64,000 bases of DNA. Origin: a bacterium (GTDB taxonomy: Bacteria > UBA8248). Location of the stretch: positions 1,888,001-1,952,000 of the forward strand of contig OZ241875.1 of NCBI GenBank assembly GCA_965203325.1. Direction: 5' to 3'. The notes beneath the pieces are model-generated. The model was not told the origin of the DNA. It ran no database searches and saw nothing but the letters and a program-made list of their open reading frames with translations. The first letter of the stretch is position 1; the number at the start of each line of letters is the position of its first letter. A program made the position numbers and the translations under genes. Below, one piece after another: positions 48,793 through 58,387 of this stretch.

Positions 48793-49980
48793 ATGCCTCT
48801 CGATAAGAGCAAAATCAAACGGCTGCGTTCCGATGTCCCGGCCCTGAGAAATCAAATTTACGTAAATTGGGGTGGCGGGGGACCATCATCGAAATCGATT
48901 CTTCGTGAAATGGACAAGTTCACAAAACGTGATTTGGAACTCGGCTCGTTTCACCCGAAAATCAGGAATGAAACCACCAAGGTCTTAACACGCACCCGAG
49001 ATAGCTGCGCGAAACTCATTGGCGCAGAAGCTTCGGAAATCGCCCTGACGAATAATACAACGGTCGGAATCAACATAGCGGCTGCAGGACTAAACTGGGA
49101 GCCAGGAGACGAGGTGATTGTCTCAGATTTGGAGCATCCGGGCGGCTACCTGCCCTGGTTGGTATGGCGAAAGAGAAATCCCATCAAGGTGAAACTATTC
49201 AAAACCGGTGAAAATGATGAGGAGCTTCTCCGAAACCTGGAAAAGGCCATCACGCCAAAAACAAGAGTGGTTTGCGTGAGTCATATTTCGTGGCTGAATG
49301 GCAGGAGACTCCCTCTCGAATCAATCGGGCGAATTTGCGTCTCCGCTGGTGCCCTCCTCATCGTGGACGGCGCCCAGTCCGTAGGACACATACCAGTCAA
49401 AATCAAAGACACCGGCGTAGATGTCTACACCATTTCCGGCCAGAAGTGGCTGATGGGTCCGGACGGCACGGGCGCCGTGTATATCAGGCGAGGGGCAGGC
49501 AAAAAGATTCAACTGTCATCCGCAAGCTTTCGCTCGGCGCAAAAAAAGAGATTAAAAACCCTGTCTTTTACCCCTGAGCCGAGCGCGATGCGCTATGAAG
49601 TCGGCACTCTCAATACAACTGGGTTCTTAGGATTCCGTGCTGCGGTCGAACACTTCAAAAGAACAGGGCCCGTATCCATCGAAAAAAGGATACTGGCGCT
49701 GGCGAATCGCCTGATGTCGCAAATGCGTGGGATCAAAAATATTGAAATCATTACGCCTGAAGGAAAGGCTCAGTCTGGTCTGGTTTCTTTCCGGATGAAA
49801 AACGTCGAATCTCAAAACGTGGTGGACAGGCTCTACAGGAAACACCAAATCATCCTCCGGGCAGTGGTCACGGAGCCTCCCGCCGTGAGAGTTTCGATTC
49901 ATTATTTGAACACGGAAGAAGAGATGGACTCGATTGCAAATGCGATATCCGCAATAGCGACTGGCAGAAAAAAGGGATAA
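48793..49980 (+). CDS. Class V PLP enzyme (CefD/C-S lyase-like)
   Basis: NTTVG, DLEHP, VDGAQSVG, SGQKWLMGP, RVSIHYLN. Confidence 0.85.
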   Translation: MPLDKSKIKRLRSDVPALRNQIYVNWGGGGPSSKSILREMDKFTKRDLELGSFHPKIRNETTKVLTRTRDSCAKLIGAEASEIALTNNTTVGINIAAAGLNWEPGDEVIVSDLEHPGGYLPWLVWRKRNPIKVKLFKTGENDEELLRNLEKAITPKTRVVCVSHISWLNGRRLPLESIGRICVSAGALLIVDGAQSVGHIPVKIKDTGVDVYTISGQKWLMGPDGTGAVYIRRGAGKKIQLSSASFRSAQKKRLKTLSFTPEPSAMRYEVGTLNTTGFLGFRAAVEHFKRTGPVSIEKRILALANRLMSQMRGIKNIEIITPEGKAQSGLVSFRMKNVESQNVVDRLYRKHQIILRAVVTEPPAVRVSIHYLNTEEEMDSIANAISAIATGRKKG

Positions 49981-50002
49981 AAAAGCTCAAAATCCAAACA
50001 CA

Positions 50003-50036
50003 AAAAAAGCGGCGGTTCTTTCACCGCCGCTTTTTT
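50003..50036. terminator. Bidirectional intrinsic terminator
   Basis: A-tract GCGGCGGT-loop-ACCGCCGC T-tract between convergent genes. Confidence 0.85.
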
Positions 50037-50051
50037 ATGTCTGGTTCGTGA

Positions 50052-50792
50052 TTATTTTTTCAGCGTTACGTTCACCGCCGTGGCAGCGCCGCCCTTCACC
50101 GACACTTTCATGGATTTCTTGCCCAAAACCTCGTGCCAAATCTCGAGGGTGTAAGAGCCTGCGGGAACATCTTTTATCTCGAATTTTCCCCCGACTCCCG
50201 TGATGCCGACATAGGGGTTTTCCGCCACGACGATATAGCCCCTCATCCAGTCATGAACGTCACAGGTCACTTTCATGATGCCGGGCTTCTTGAAATAGCG
50301 GGTCGACATTCTCAGTTTTTTCTTGAACTTGGGCTGCGCGATATTGGCCACCGAGTTTCCCGTTTTGCTAGGGTGCGTGTGGACGTTGTGGAGAATTTTG
50401 TCACTGTTCTTCATCAACAGTTTCGTCTTTTGCTTCATTACGACCACGCGGGGAAGGTACACGCATCCTTTTTGATCCATCGTCGCTTTTTTCTGGCTCT
50501 TCGACCATTTCTTGCCGGATTTCACGCCCTTCAAGGACACGACGGCCCATACCACGCCGCCGTCTTTCACGACCAGACTCTCATCCTTGATCGGTTTTTT
50601 TGCGCAAACTTTCTTGTCTTTATTCACGGACAACGTTTTTTGTTTCGGGGCAGCGCCGTCGAACTTGATTGCCCCTGTAATCGAACCGCCGCCACTTACC
50701 TTGCCTGCTTTATAAGCGTCCGCGGAGCCAGCCAATGCGATGCTCAACAACACCGCAAACATCCAGCACAATGGAAAGCGTTTGGGAACCAT
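50052..50792 (-). CDS. Secreted cupredoxin-like / carboxypeptidase-regulatory-like domain protein
   Basis: Signal peptide; DQKGC, HNVH, CDVHDWM (possible Cu ligands), VPAGSYTLEIWHE. Confidence 0.7.
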   Translation of the reverse strand: MVPKRFPLCWMFAVLLSIALAGSADAYKAGKVSGGGSITGAIKFDGAAPKQKTLSVNKDKKVCAKKPIKDESLVVKDGGVVWAVVSLKGVKSGKKWSKSQKKATMDQKGCVYLPRVVVMKQKTKLLMKNSDKILHNVHTHPSKTGNSVANIAQPKFKKKLRMSTRYFKKPGIMKVTCDVHDWMRGYIVVAENPYVGITGVGGKFEIKDVPAGSYTLEIWHEVLGKKSMKVSVKGGAATAVNVTLKK

Positions 50793-51200
50793 GCCTACTC
50801 CTCTCGAATAATTTTTCAGGTTGGCAGCAACTGTTTTCAAAAAAGCGTGCGCGCAATCATTCGCACACGATATCGGTGGCTTCAGATGCAGGACCTCTAA
50901 AATTGACTTCAAATCAAATCGGAACCGCCAGGAAATCAAACCTGCTCCATTCAAGTAATCCACCTTTCAAATTAAGTCAACCCTCTGGATGGTCGACCCG
51001 TCAATTCGCCTGAATTCATTGTGTCATCCGGTCGAATCCTGCTACGAAAGAAAGCGCAAATCCAGCCGCCAGAAGACACAAACCTTTCCCGGCAGATCGA
51101 ACGACTCCCAAGCCGCGATGTTTGCAACACGGCGGACTCTGGGGTATCTCTTTGGAAAAGCGGCGCTTAGCCGACACACGTCATCCTGCGGGAGCAAACA

Positions 51201-52049
51201 GTGAATCCGAACCTGAAAGACGCCAAAATGCCCGAAACGCTCGATGGGTGGGCCATTCTGCACCATATCTTCCGGGTGAACTGGCCCGCCTGGAACCGCC
51301 TGGAGAGCGCCCGGAGGCACCGTATCCTCGATGAAGCGACGGAATTCTTCGCCTCGGTCGCCCGGCCCGAATCCGGCGAGAGCGCACTCTTCAGCCTGCT
51401 GGGGCACAAGGGAGATTTGCTGTTTCTTCATTTCAGGCCCACGCTCGATGCGCTGAATGAAGTCGAGCTGGGGCTGCGGCGGCTGGCGCTGGCGGAATAT
51501 ATGGATGAGACCACCTCCTACCTCTCGTTCCTGGAACTAGGCCTCTACGAAATGACCGTGAAGCTCCACGCCCGGTTCGTGGATGAGGGTCTCGAGCCTG
51601 GAAGCGACGACTGGAAGGCGAAATGGTCCGAAGAGATGGACAGCCAGCGCGAGCGCATGAAAGAGCGCCTCTACATGGACATCCCCGAGACGAGATATCT
51701 GTGTTTTTACCCGATGAACAAGCGCCGGGGCGAGGAGAAGAACTGGTACGGCCTGCCCATCGAGGAACGCCAGCAGATGATGCGCGAACACGGCTTCGTC
51801 GGCAGACGCTACGCCGGCCGCGTTCAGCAAATCATCACGGGCAGCATCGGCTTCGACGACTGGGAGTGGGGCGTATACCTGTTCGCAGAAGACCCGCTCG
51901 TCTTCAAGCGCCTCGTATACGAGATGCGCTTCGATGAGGCCAGCGTCTGGTATGGCGAGTTCGGCCCCTTCTACACCGGGCTGCGCGTCATGCCGCACCA
52001 TTTGAAGAGCATCTTCCGCGGCCAGGTTCCCTCGCTTGAAGCGCCCTAA
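51201..52049 (+). CDS. chdC: Coproheme decarboxylase (chlorite dismutase-like family)
   Basis: ETLDGW..LH, GHKGDL, FYPMNKRR..NWY.LP.EER..MM.EHG..GRRY, GSIGFDDWEWGV, YEMRFDE..YGEFG. Confidence 0.8.
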   Translation: MNPNLKDAKMPETLDGWAILHHIFRVNWPAWNRLESARRHRILDEATEFFASVARPESGESALFSLLGHKGDLLFLHFRPTLDALNEVELGLRRLALAEYMDETTSYLSFLELGLYEMTVKLHARFVDEGLEPGSDDWKAKWSEEMDSQRERMKERLYMDIPETRYLCFYPMNKRRGEEKNWYGLPIEERQQMMREHGFVGRRYAGRVQQIITGSIGFDDWEWGVYLFAEDPLVFKRLVYEMRFDEASVWYGEFGPFYTGLRVMPHHLKSIFRGQVPSLEAP

Positions 52050-52078
52050 GTCGAGCGATTTCAAAGATCAGGCCCGTC

Positions 52079-52939
52079 ATGGCGAATATTCTCATCATAG
52101 GTTGCGGCTACGTCGGCGCTGCGCTCGGGGCGGCCCTAGCAGGTGAGGGCCACCTCGTCCGGGGCATGCGCCGAAACCCCGAAAGCCTGCCCGAATCCAT
52201 CATGCCGCTGAGGGCCGACGTCCACGACAAGGACCTGTGCGATCTTCTCCCCGAGGGCCTCGATTTCATCTTCTACACCCTCTCCTCGGGAGGCGGCGGC
52301 GAGGCCAGCTACCGGGCGGCGTATGCGGAAGGCCCGGGAAACCTCTTGGAAGCCATTGATAAAAAAGGAGAAAGGCCTAGGCGCATCTTCTTCACCTCGA
52401 GCACGGCCGTCTACGCGCAAACAGACGGCGGCCGGGTGGACGAGGAATCCCCCGCGCAGCCCGCCCATTACGCGGGCCGCATCCTGCTCGAAGGCGAGCG
52501 CGCTTTTCTGGAGAGCGGCCATCCCGCCACAATCCTAAGACTTTCAGGCATTTACGGCCCCGGCCGAACGCGCCTGATAGACGCCGTCCGGGGGGGCCAG
52601 GCCTTTGTCCATGAGGGTCCCCCCCGCTTCACGAACCGGATTCACCGCGATGACTGCGCGGGCGCGCTCGCTCACCTCATGAAGATGGATATGCCTGATG
52701 AGATATACATCGGCGTCGACGATGCGCCTGCGGATCGCCGCAAGGTATTGAATTGGCTGGCCGAGCGGCTGGGCGTCCCGCAACCGCGCGCAGCCGCGGG
52801 CGGCGAAGCCCCCTCCCCGCGCGCGACGACGAACAAGAGATGCTCGAACGCCAAGCTTAAATCGACAGGCTACCGCTTTCTCTATCCGTCCTACCGGGAG
52901 GGTTACGCCGAGATGATCGCAGATATGGAAACCACGTAA
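52079..52939 (+). CDS. Atypical SDR / NAD-dependent epimerase
   Basis: IIGCGYVG, SSTAVY, RLSGIYGPGR, NRIHRDD. Confidence 0.85.
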   Translation: MANILIIGCGYVGAALGAALAGEGHLVRGMRRNPESLPESIMPLRADVHDKDLCDLLPEGLDFIFYTLSSGGGGEASYRAAYAEGPGNLLEAIDKKGERPRRIFFTSSTAVYAQTDGGRVDEESPAQPAHYAGRILLEGERAFLESGHPATILRLSGIYGPGRTRLIDAVRGGQAFVHEGPPRFTNRIHRDDCAGALAHLMKMDMPDEIYIGVDDAPADRRKVLNWLAERLGVPQPRAAAGGEAPSPRATTNKRCSNAKLKSTGYRFLYPSYREGYAEMIADMETT

Positions 52940-52951
52940 CCAGCAAACAAA

Positions 52952-53647
52952 TCAACTGTTTAGCAGGACCCTCAAATCCTTCCTCAGCTTCTCGAGAGAT
53001 TCCGCGTCGTTGCTGTGGTAATAGCCCCGGATAGTGAAGTTCCTGTCGATGAGCACGAAGCGCGAGCTGTGGGAGATCAGGATTCCCGGCGTCTTTCCCC
53101 CCTCCTGATGCCCGGGATGATGCGCGTGCGCATGGGGCACAAGAAGCCGGAAGACCCGCTCGCCGACCGAACCGGGTAAGCGCATGGCTTGTTTCGTCGC
53201 ATAGCTCAGCCGAAAGCCCTTGAGCGCCAAGTCCTTGATTTCCTTTTCCTTGCCCGTCAGGAAGAACCAGCGAGCCCTGTCCGCGCCGAACTTTTGCGCA
53301 TAGGCAGAGAGGCGCTCCGCCTTATCGAAAGCAGGGTCCGTGGTGATGGAGATCTGCCGGAAATCCTCTGAGCCCGAGAACGCTTGCTGAAGCCGCCGCA
53401 TCTCGACGCTCTGGAGGGGGCAGGTATCCTCACACCGCGTGTAGATGAAGTCCGCCACCCAGACTTTTCCCTTCAAGCGCTCTCTCGCGAACGCCCGGCC
53501 CGATGCGTCAACCAGCGTAAAATCAGGCAGTTGCGAATATACGGGCAGGCTCTCGAAAAGGCTTCTCTCGAGCCACCGCCACGCGGGCGCGGCCATCAGG
53601 CCGGCGAGAACGCCAAGTGTCAACACCAGAATCATGCGCCGCACCAT
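52952..53647 (-). CDS. SCO1/SenC copper chaperone
   Basis: FIYTRCEDTCP (CxxxC), SITTDP..D, HSSRFVLID; His-rich insert. Confidence 0.9.
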   Translation of the reverse strand: MVRRMILVLTLGVLAGLMAAPAWRWLERSLFESLPVYSQLPDFTLVDASGRAFARERLKGKVWVADFIYTRCEDTCPLQSVEMRRLQQAFSGSEDFRQISITTDPAFDKAERLSAYAQKFGADRARWFFLTGKEKEIKDLALKGFRLSYATKQAMRLPGSVGERVFRLLVPHAHAHHPGHQEGGKTPGILISHSSRFVLIDRNFTIRGYYHSNDAESLEKLRKDLRVLLNS

Positions 53648-53749
53648 ATCCGCCTCTCCCAGGAAACTCAAGAAAATCAGGCCCTTGCGACCACCCGTAT
53701 TCTTACAATACCCGCGCGCCGGTGCAAAGCGCGCCCGGAGGGATTCCTC

Positions 53750-54149
53750 CCCCGCAACTGCCCGCATTTGCCGTCATGGCGGGACCGGGCGATCGTGGCA
53801 GAATTCCCCTGCGCCCCGACCCGGCGGCGTCATTTCCCAAGAAAAAAATTTATCGTTTTTTATCGAAAAACCCCGTTAATTTATCTAATTTTATCGAAAT
53901 TTACGGAAATTCCATTTTCTCGAACGAAACCGCCCGGCTTCGCCATCATACGCGCCTGCGCCCCGGGCAGCGCGACGGCAATTGCGGGCAAATGCGGGTG
54001 GTTTCGAACGGGATGCGGAGAATTTCGTCCGGACGCCGGGAGGGCATGATGAGCGCTCCGCTGCGTGAAAAACCAAAAGCAAACGGGCGGCCTCTCCAGC
54101 ATATCCCATCGACGCGAAAACCCGGCGACGGCAATTGCGGGGAAATGCG
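53750..54149. mobile_element. MITE-like element, copy 2 (inverted relative to 41669-42005)
   Basis: Reverse-complement similarity including the AT-rich core; degenerate terminal repeats. Confidence 0.7.
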
Positions 54150-54284
54150 CCCCGCGCGGGAGGGATGAATACCCGGACGGATGGTGCGGAATCGAATCCG
54201 ACACCGGAATGACGGCCAAAACCGAAACCAGGCGGAGGCGCAGGCTCTCGACTTGAAAAGCCTCTCCCTATCCTCCCTCCTCAG

Positions 54285-54467
54285 GGGGGGAAAGACCTGA
54301 ACCTTCCCCTGAAAATGGCGCGTCTAAAACCGTGGTGTGAAGATGTAAACGCCACTCGGAACGGCACGGAATACGACTTCGTTTTCGTCGATCAAGAAAG
54401 TTTCGAGTCTTACAGGCCGGACAGCTTCGAAGCACTCATGGCGGGATTCCAAGAGTAGAAGTCTTAA
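54285..54467 (+). pseudogene. C-terminal remnant resembling a type III restriction (Res) subunit
   Basis: Reads GGKDLNLPLKMARLKPWCEDVN..YDFVFVDQESFESYRPDSFEALMAGFQE*KS*. Confidence 0.55.
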
Positions 54468-54595
54468 TCCCCCCCTTCCCTCTCCGCGCATTCGGGTTCA
54501 TAATTCGGCTATACTCGTTCCCGAAGCCATCGACAAAAAGCCAGGGCCAGTCGGGCAACCCCCCGGCTTTACCGGAAACCCCATGAGGAGAAACC

Positions 54596-55867
54596 ATGAA
54601 GCGCGTGATCGCTCCTGCAAACTGCCCGGCCTCCCCGAAAGCGCAGTCAGAGGCCATCGAGACCGAACACCTGCTGTTTTTCGCCGGACAGATGGCGACG
54701 GACTACGCCACCGGCGTCGCGCCCGAGGCCGCCGTGGACCCCGACAACCCGTTCGCCGGTCCTCCGCCGATGGCCCGGCAGACCCACGTCATCCTCCGGC
54801 GGATGGGGGAAATCCTCGAATCAGCGGGCCTCGGTTTCGAGGACCTGATCCGCATCGAGCAGTTCATCACCGGCCGCGAGGAGGCCGCGTGGTATTCCGC
54901 GACGAGGCAGGCCTACATGTCGAAGGCGCACCCGACCAGCACGCGGGTGGTGGCGCGCGCCCTGGAGGTGCCCGGTGCGCTCATCGTATGCGACGGCTTC
55001 GCGCTCAAGCCCGGCTCGGGATGGGAGAAGCAGACGCACGACCTGGAACTCGTGCCCAAGTCCCTCACAGGCTACCCCGCGGCCCAGTCCGCAGGTCCTT
55101 TCGTGCTGATGCCGGGCATGATCGCCACCGACTACGCGACCGGGATCCACCCCGACGCCCGCGTCGACCCGGTTTTCTGGCACCAGTCCGCCATCAAGCG
55201 CCAGACCGAGTACATCCTCCGCACCAAGCGGAAGGTGCTGAACGAACTCGGCCTCGACCTCGAGAACATCGTCCAGACCTCCGTCTACCTCACCCACATG
55301 GAGGACCTCCCGGCGGTGGACCTCGTGTGGCGCGAGTTCTTTGGCGACGCCCCGCCCGCGCGCAGCGTCATCCCCTGCGACGATCTGGCCATCGGCGGCG
55401 CGCGCATCGAGGTCAGCTCCATCTCCCTGCGCCCCGACGGCGGGCTTGCGCACCGAACGATTCACGCGCCCGACGCCCCGCCGTCCCCCTTCCACGAACC
55501 GCACGCCGTCAAGACGGGGCCGTATCTGTGGCTTTCGACGCAGATCGCAGCAAACGAAAGCGGCCTCGCGCCCGAGGTCCGCGTGAACCCGGGCCTTCCC
55601 TGGCATTCCTCGCCGGTCAAGCGCCAGACCGAATACATATTGGGGAACGCGGACGCCATCTGCCGCGCTGCGGGCGGGAGCCTCGCCGACGTCGTGAGAA
55701 GCCAGACCGTGTTCGTCGACATGGCCGATCTGCACGGCGCGTTCGAAGTCTGGGGCGGCGCATTCACGGACGCGCCGCCGGTGAACATGAGCGCGCAGAC
55801 CGCCACCCCGATGCCCGTGCCGGGGTGCCGGGTCCTGGCGTCGCTCGTGGCCTACATCCCGGATTGA
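54596..55867 (+). CDS. RidA/YjgF family protein with three tandem Rid domains
   Basis: Three repeats of (GQ/GM/TQ)(M/I)A....RQT..IL......G..(F/L).(D/N); PPARS in domain 2. Confidence 0.85.
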   Translation: MKRVIAPANCPASPKAQSEAIETEHLLFFAGQMATDYATGVAPEAAVDPDNPFAGPPPMARQTHVILRRMGEILESAGLGFEDLIRIEQFITGREEAAWYSATRQAYMSKAHPTSTRVVARALEVPGALIVCDGFALKPGSGWEKQTHDLELVPKSLTGYPAAQSAGPFVLMPGMIATDYATGIHPDARVDPVFWHQSAIKRQTEYILRTKRKVLNELGLDLENIVQTSVYLTHMEDLPAVDLVWREFFGDAPPARSVIPCDDLAIGGARIEVSSISLRPDGGLAHRTIHAPDAPPSPFHEPHAVKTGPYLWLSTQIAANESGLAPEVRVNPGLPWHSSPVKRQTEYILGNADAICRAAGGSLADVVRSQTVFVDMADLHGAFEVWGGAFTDAPPVNMSAQTATPMPVPGCRVLASLVAYIPD

Positions 55868-55923
55868 GGGGAGGTGTCTCGGCCTTCGGGGATGAAGGAG
55901 ACGCCCCGCTCGACTGAAAAACC

Positions 55924-56088
55924 AACCCCCCCTACCCCCCCTTGACAGGGGGGCAGAAAAAGATCCCCCCCTCGCCGAGGGCGCCGCTTTTATCCCCCTG
56001 AGGAACGTCCGGGCGTAGACGACGGAAAGCGAATTCCTGCCGAGGGGTTTTGACTTTACCCCCCTGTTAAGGGGGGGTAGGGGGGGTT
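55924..56088. repeat. CCCCCCTACCCCCCCTTGACAGGGGG inverted-repeat element
   Basis: Same termini as 35481 and 40721. Confidence 0.8.
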
Positions 56089-56164
56089 GCCTTTCAAGCA
56101 AAGGCGGGCGGCCACACGGTCAGACATATATGTCTGACCCCTACAAAACCGCAGACCCTCCCAC

Positions 56165-56379
56165 CGTCATTCCGGCGAAAGCCGGAATCCATTTTATGAT
56201 TTTTGTTTTCGTTTTCGCATTTGATCCCTACTCGCGGGAGGGAGCGGCGCGCCCGAATCCAGAACGGATGAGGCGGATATATGGCGGCGTTCGTATCTTC
56301 CCCGGTCGTGAGAGAGGACGTCCGGGCAAAAGGCCAAAGACAAAGACGAAAATGGATTCCGGCTTTCGCCGGAATGACG
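56165..56379. mobile_element. About 215-bp MITE/REPIN-like element, copy 2
   Basis: Same terminal inverted repeats and homologous interior to 37721-37940. Confidence 0.75.
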
Positions 56380-56671
56380 AACAAAGGCGAAGGTCAATCC
56401 CTAGCGAAGCGGCAACACAACAACCGCCCCAGGCCGGGATTTCGGGGAGCAGGCGCCTCGCGCGTGGTTTAATCCGCGCATATATTGTGCTAGTGTCAGG
56501 TACATACAGAATATAAAGTGCGCTTGAGATCGCGAGCGAGCGATGCGGAATCGAGGCGGGACCACGATTTTCACGTCGTTTCTGCTTCATGCGATATGGC
56601 CCCGTTTCCCCGCCGTCTTTTGCGTGCCGTGTCCGCCGGGCTCCGGCCCGGCCAGGAGAGGGAGTGGTTAT

Positions 56672-58027
56672 ATGGAACAGGCGGCGGGTATGCCCGAACA
56701 TCGGGAGAAGGTCTGGGCGGCGATCGACAAGGGGCGCCTCAAGAAGCTGGGGATGGACCTGGTCGACATCTGGAGTCCCACCGGAGAAGAAGAGGAGATC
56801 GCCCGCTTCCTCGGCGAGCACTACGAGTCCATCGGGCTCGCCTCGCGCCTCCAGGAGTTCGAGACGGAACGGTTCAACGCGCTGGGGACGCTCAAGGGCG
56901 ACGGCACCGGCATCGAGTTCCTCTTCTGCGGACATATCGACACCTCCTACTCGGGCAAGGAGCCCGGCCTCCCCAAGCTCCCCGCCTACCAGCCCAGCGC
57001 CTGGAGCGAGACCGACCCCGCCACGGGCGAGGAGTGGATATACGGCCTGGGCATCTACAACATGAAGGGCGCGATCGCCTGCTACGTCGAGGCCCTGAAC
57101 GCCATCCAGGACGCGGGCGTCAAGCTCAAGGGGAACGTCACCGTCGGGGCGGTGGGCGGCGAGATCGAGATGGGCGCGATCGACCAGTACCAGGGCAAGC
57201 ACTACCGGGGCGGCGGCTGCGGCGCCTGCTATCTGGCCACCCACGGCGGCACCGCCGACATGGCGGTCATCGGCGAGCCGTCCGAGATGCGGGTGGTTCT
57301 CGGCCACATGGGCTACGTCTACCACAAGATCACCGTCTACGGGACGCCGGCCCACACGACCTACGCGCACAACGCGGTCAACGCCATCCTGAAGATGAAG
57401 AAAATCCTCGACGCCCTGGAGCGCTGGGCGCCCAAGTACCGCGAAGCGCACCCCTACGGCAACTCGCACGCCAACGTGAACATTGCGGCCATCGAGGGCG
57501 GCTGGCCCTGGCGGTGCAGCCGCACCCCCGTCTTCTGCAACCTCTACATGGATACGCGCCTTCTCCCCAGGCAGCACCCCCTGGAGATCAAGCGCGAGAT
57601 CGAGGACATCATCGAGGAGATCGTGGCGGGAGACCCCGACCTCAAGGTGGATCTGGAGATGTACATGTCCAACCCGGGGGCCGAGATCGAAGATGACGAA
57701 TACATCTACGGCGCCATCAAGCGCGCCCACAAGTCGGTGCACGGACAGGACCCGGAAACGGTGACGGAGGGCTGGATATCGGACGCCTCCCACATCACGC
57801 GCTACGGCGTTCCCACCCTCAACTACGGACCCTCGGGCAGGACGCGCTCAGGCGTTCCGGGGTGGGACCCGAACATCGGCGAGCACGTGAGCCTCGAGGA
57901 CCTCTACCACACCACGAAGGTCTATGCGAGCCTGCTGCTCGAGGTTTGCGGTAGGCCGAAGGAGGAAATCCTCCCCCACATCAAGCGGAAGATCGAAGAG
58001 CAGCGCCACAGCACGGTCACGCTCTAA
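56672..58027 (+). CDS. M20 (ArgE/DapE-like) metallohydrolase
   Basis: GHIDT, GLGIYNMKG, GGEIE, VIGEP, SDA...G.P..NYGP, GEH. Confidence 0.85.
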   Translation: MEQAAGMPEHREKVWAAIDKGRLKKLGMDLVDIWSPTGEEEEIARFLGEHYESIGLASRLQEFETERFNALGTLKGDGTGIEFLFCGHIDTSYSGKEPGLPKLPAYQPSAWSETDPATGEEWIYGLGIYNMKGAIACYVEALNAIQDAGVKLKGNVTVGAVGGEIEMGAIDQYQGKHYRGGGCGACYLATHGGTADMAVIGEPSEMRVVLGHMGYVYHKITVYGTPAHTTYAHNAVNAILKMKKILDALERWAPKYREAHPYGNSHANVNIAAIEGGWPWRCSRTPVFCNLYMDTRLLPRQHPLEIKREIEDIIEEIVAGDPDLKVDLEMYMSNPGAEIEDDEYIYGAIKRAHKSVHGQDPETVTEGWISDASHITRYGVPTLNYGPSGRTRSGVPGWDPNIGEHVSLEDLYHTTKVYASLLLEVCGRPKEEILPHIKRKIEEQRHSTVTL

Positions 58028-58057
58028 GCCGCGGGAGGAGGAAGACGACGGATAGTC

Positions 58058-58290
58058 GGGGTTGTTGAAAAAGACCCCTTTTCAGGGGGCAGAGAGAACG
58101 CTCCTTTCTTCTGGAAAGGCAACCCCCCCTACCCCCCCTTGACAGGGGGGTATGAAAAGGCGACGCCCGCCGCCGGTAGAGGGGTTTTTGTTTTTTCCTG
58201 CCCTCCAGACAAAGGGGGTAAAAAAGAAGGCCCCCCTGACAAGGGGGATAAGAAAAAACCCCCCTGATAAGGGGGGGAAAGAGGGGTTGC
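58058..58290. repeat. Composite repeat: IS-like GGGGTTGTTGAAAAA end plus several CCCCCCTGACAAGGGGG hairpins
   Basis: Seen directly; same family as 35481, 40721 and 55924. Confidence 0.75.
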
Positions 58291-58387
58291 TGTTCCGGAG
58301 AAGGGGAACCCGGGTTTCACCTGGACGTTTGAGGAAGTTCCTGAAGAAGTTCGCTTTTCGAGGCAATCACTACAGGGAGGTTGAGCT

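Noticed and set aside
48793..49980. Calling the class V PLP enzyme sufS/csdA
   Set aside because: No C-terminal catalytic Cys motif; left as a generic C-S lyase-like enzyme
50903..50917. TTGACTTCAAATCAA resembles the tRNA-Sec anticodon arm (UCA) near selAB
   Set aside because: No acceptor stem, T-arm (GTTCGA) or CCA end in the flanks; likely chance
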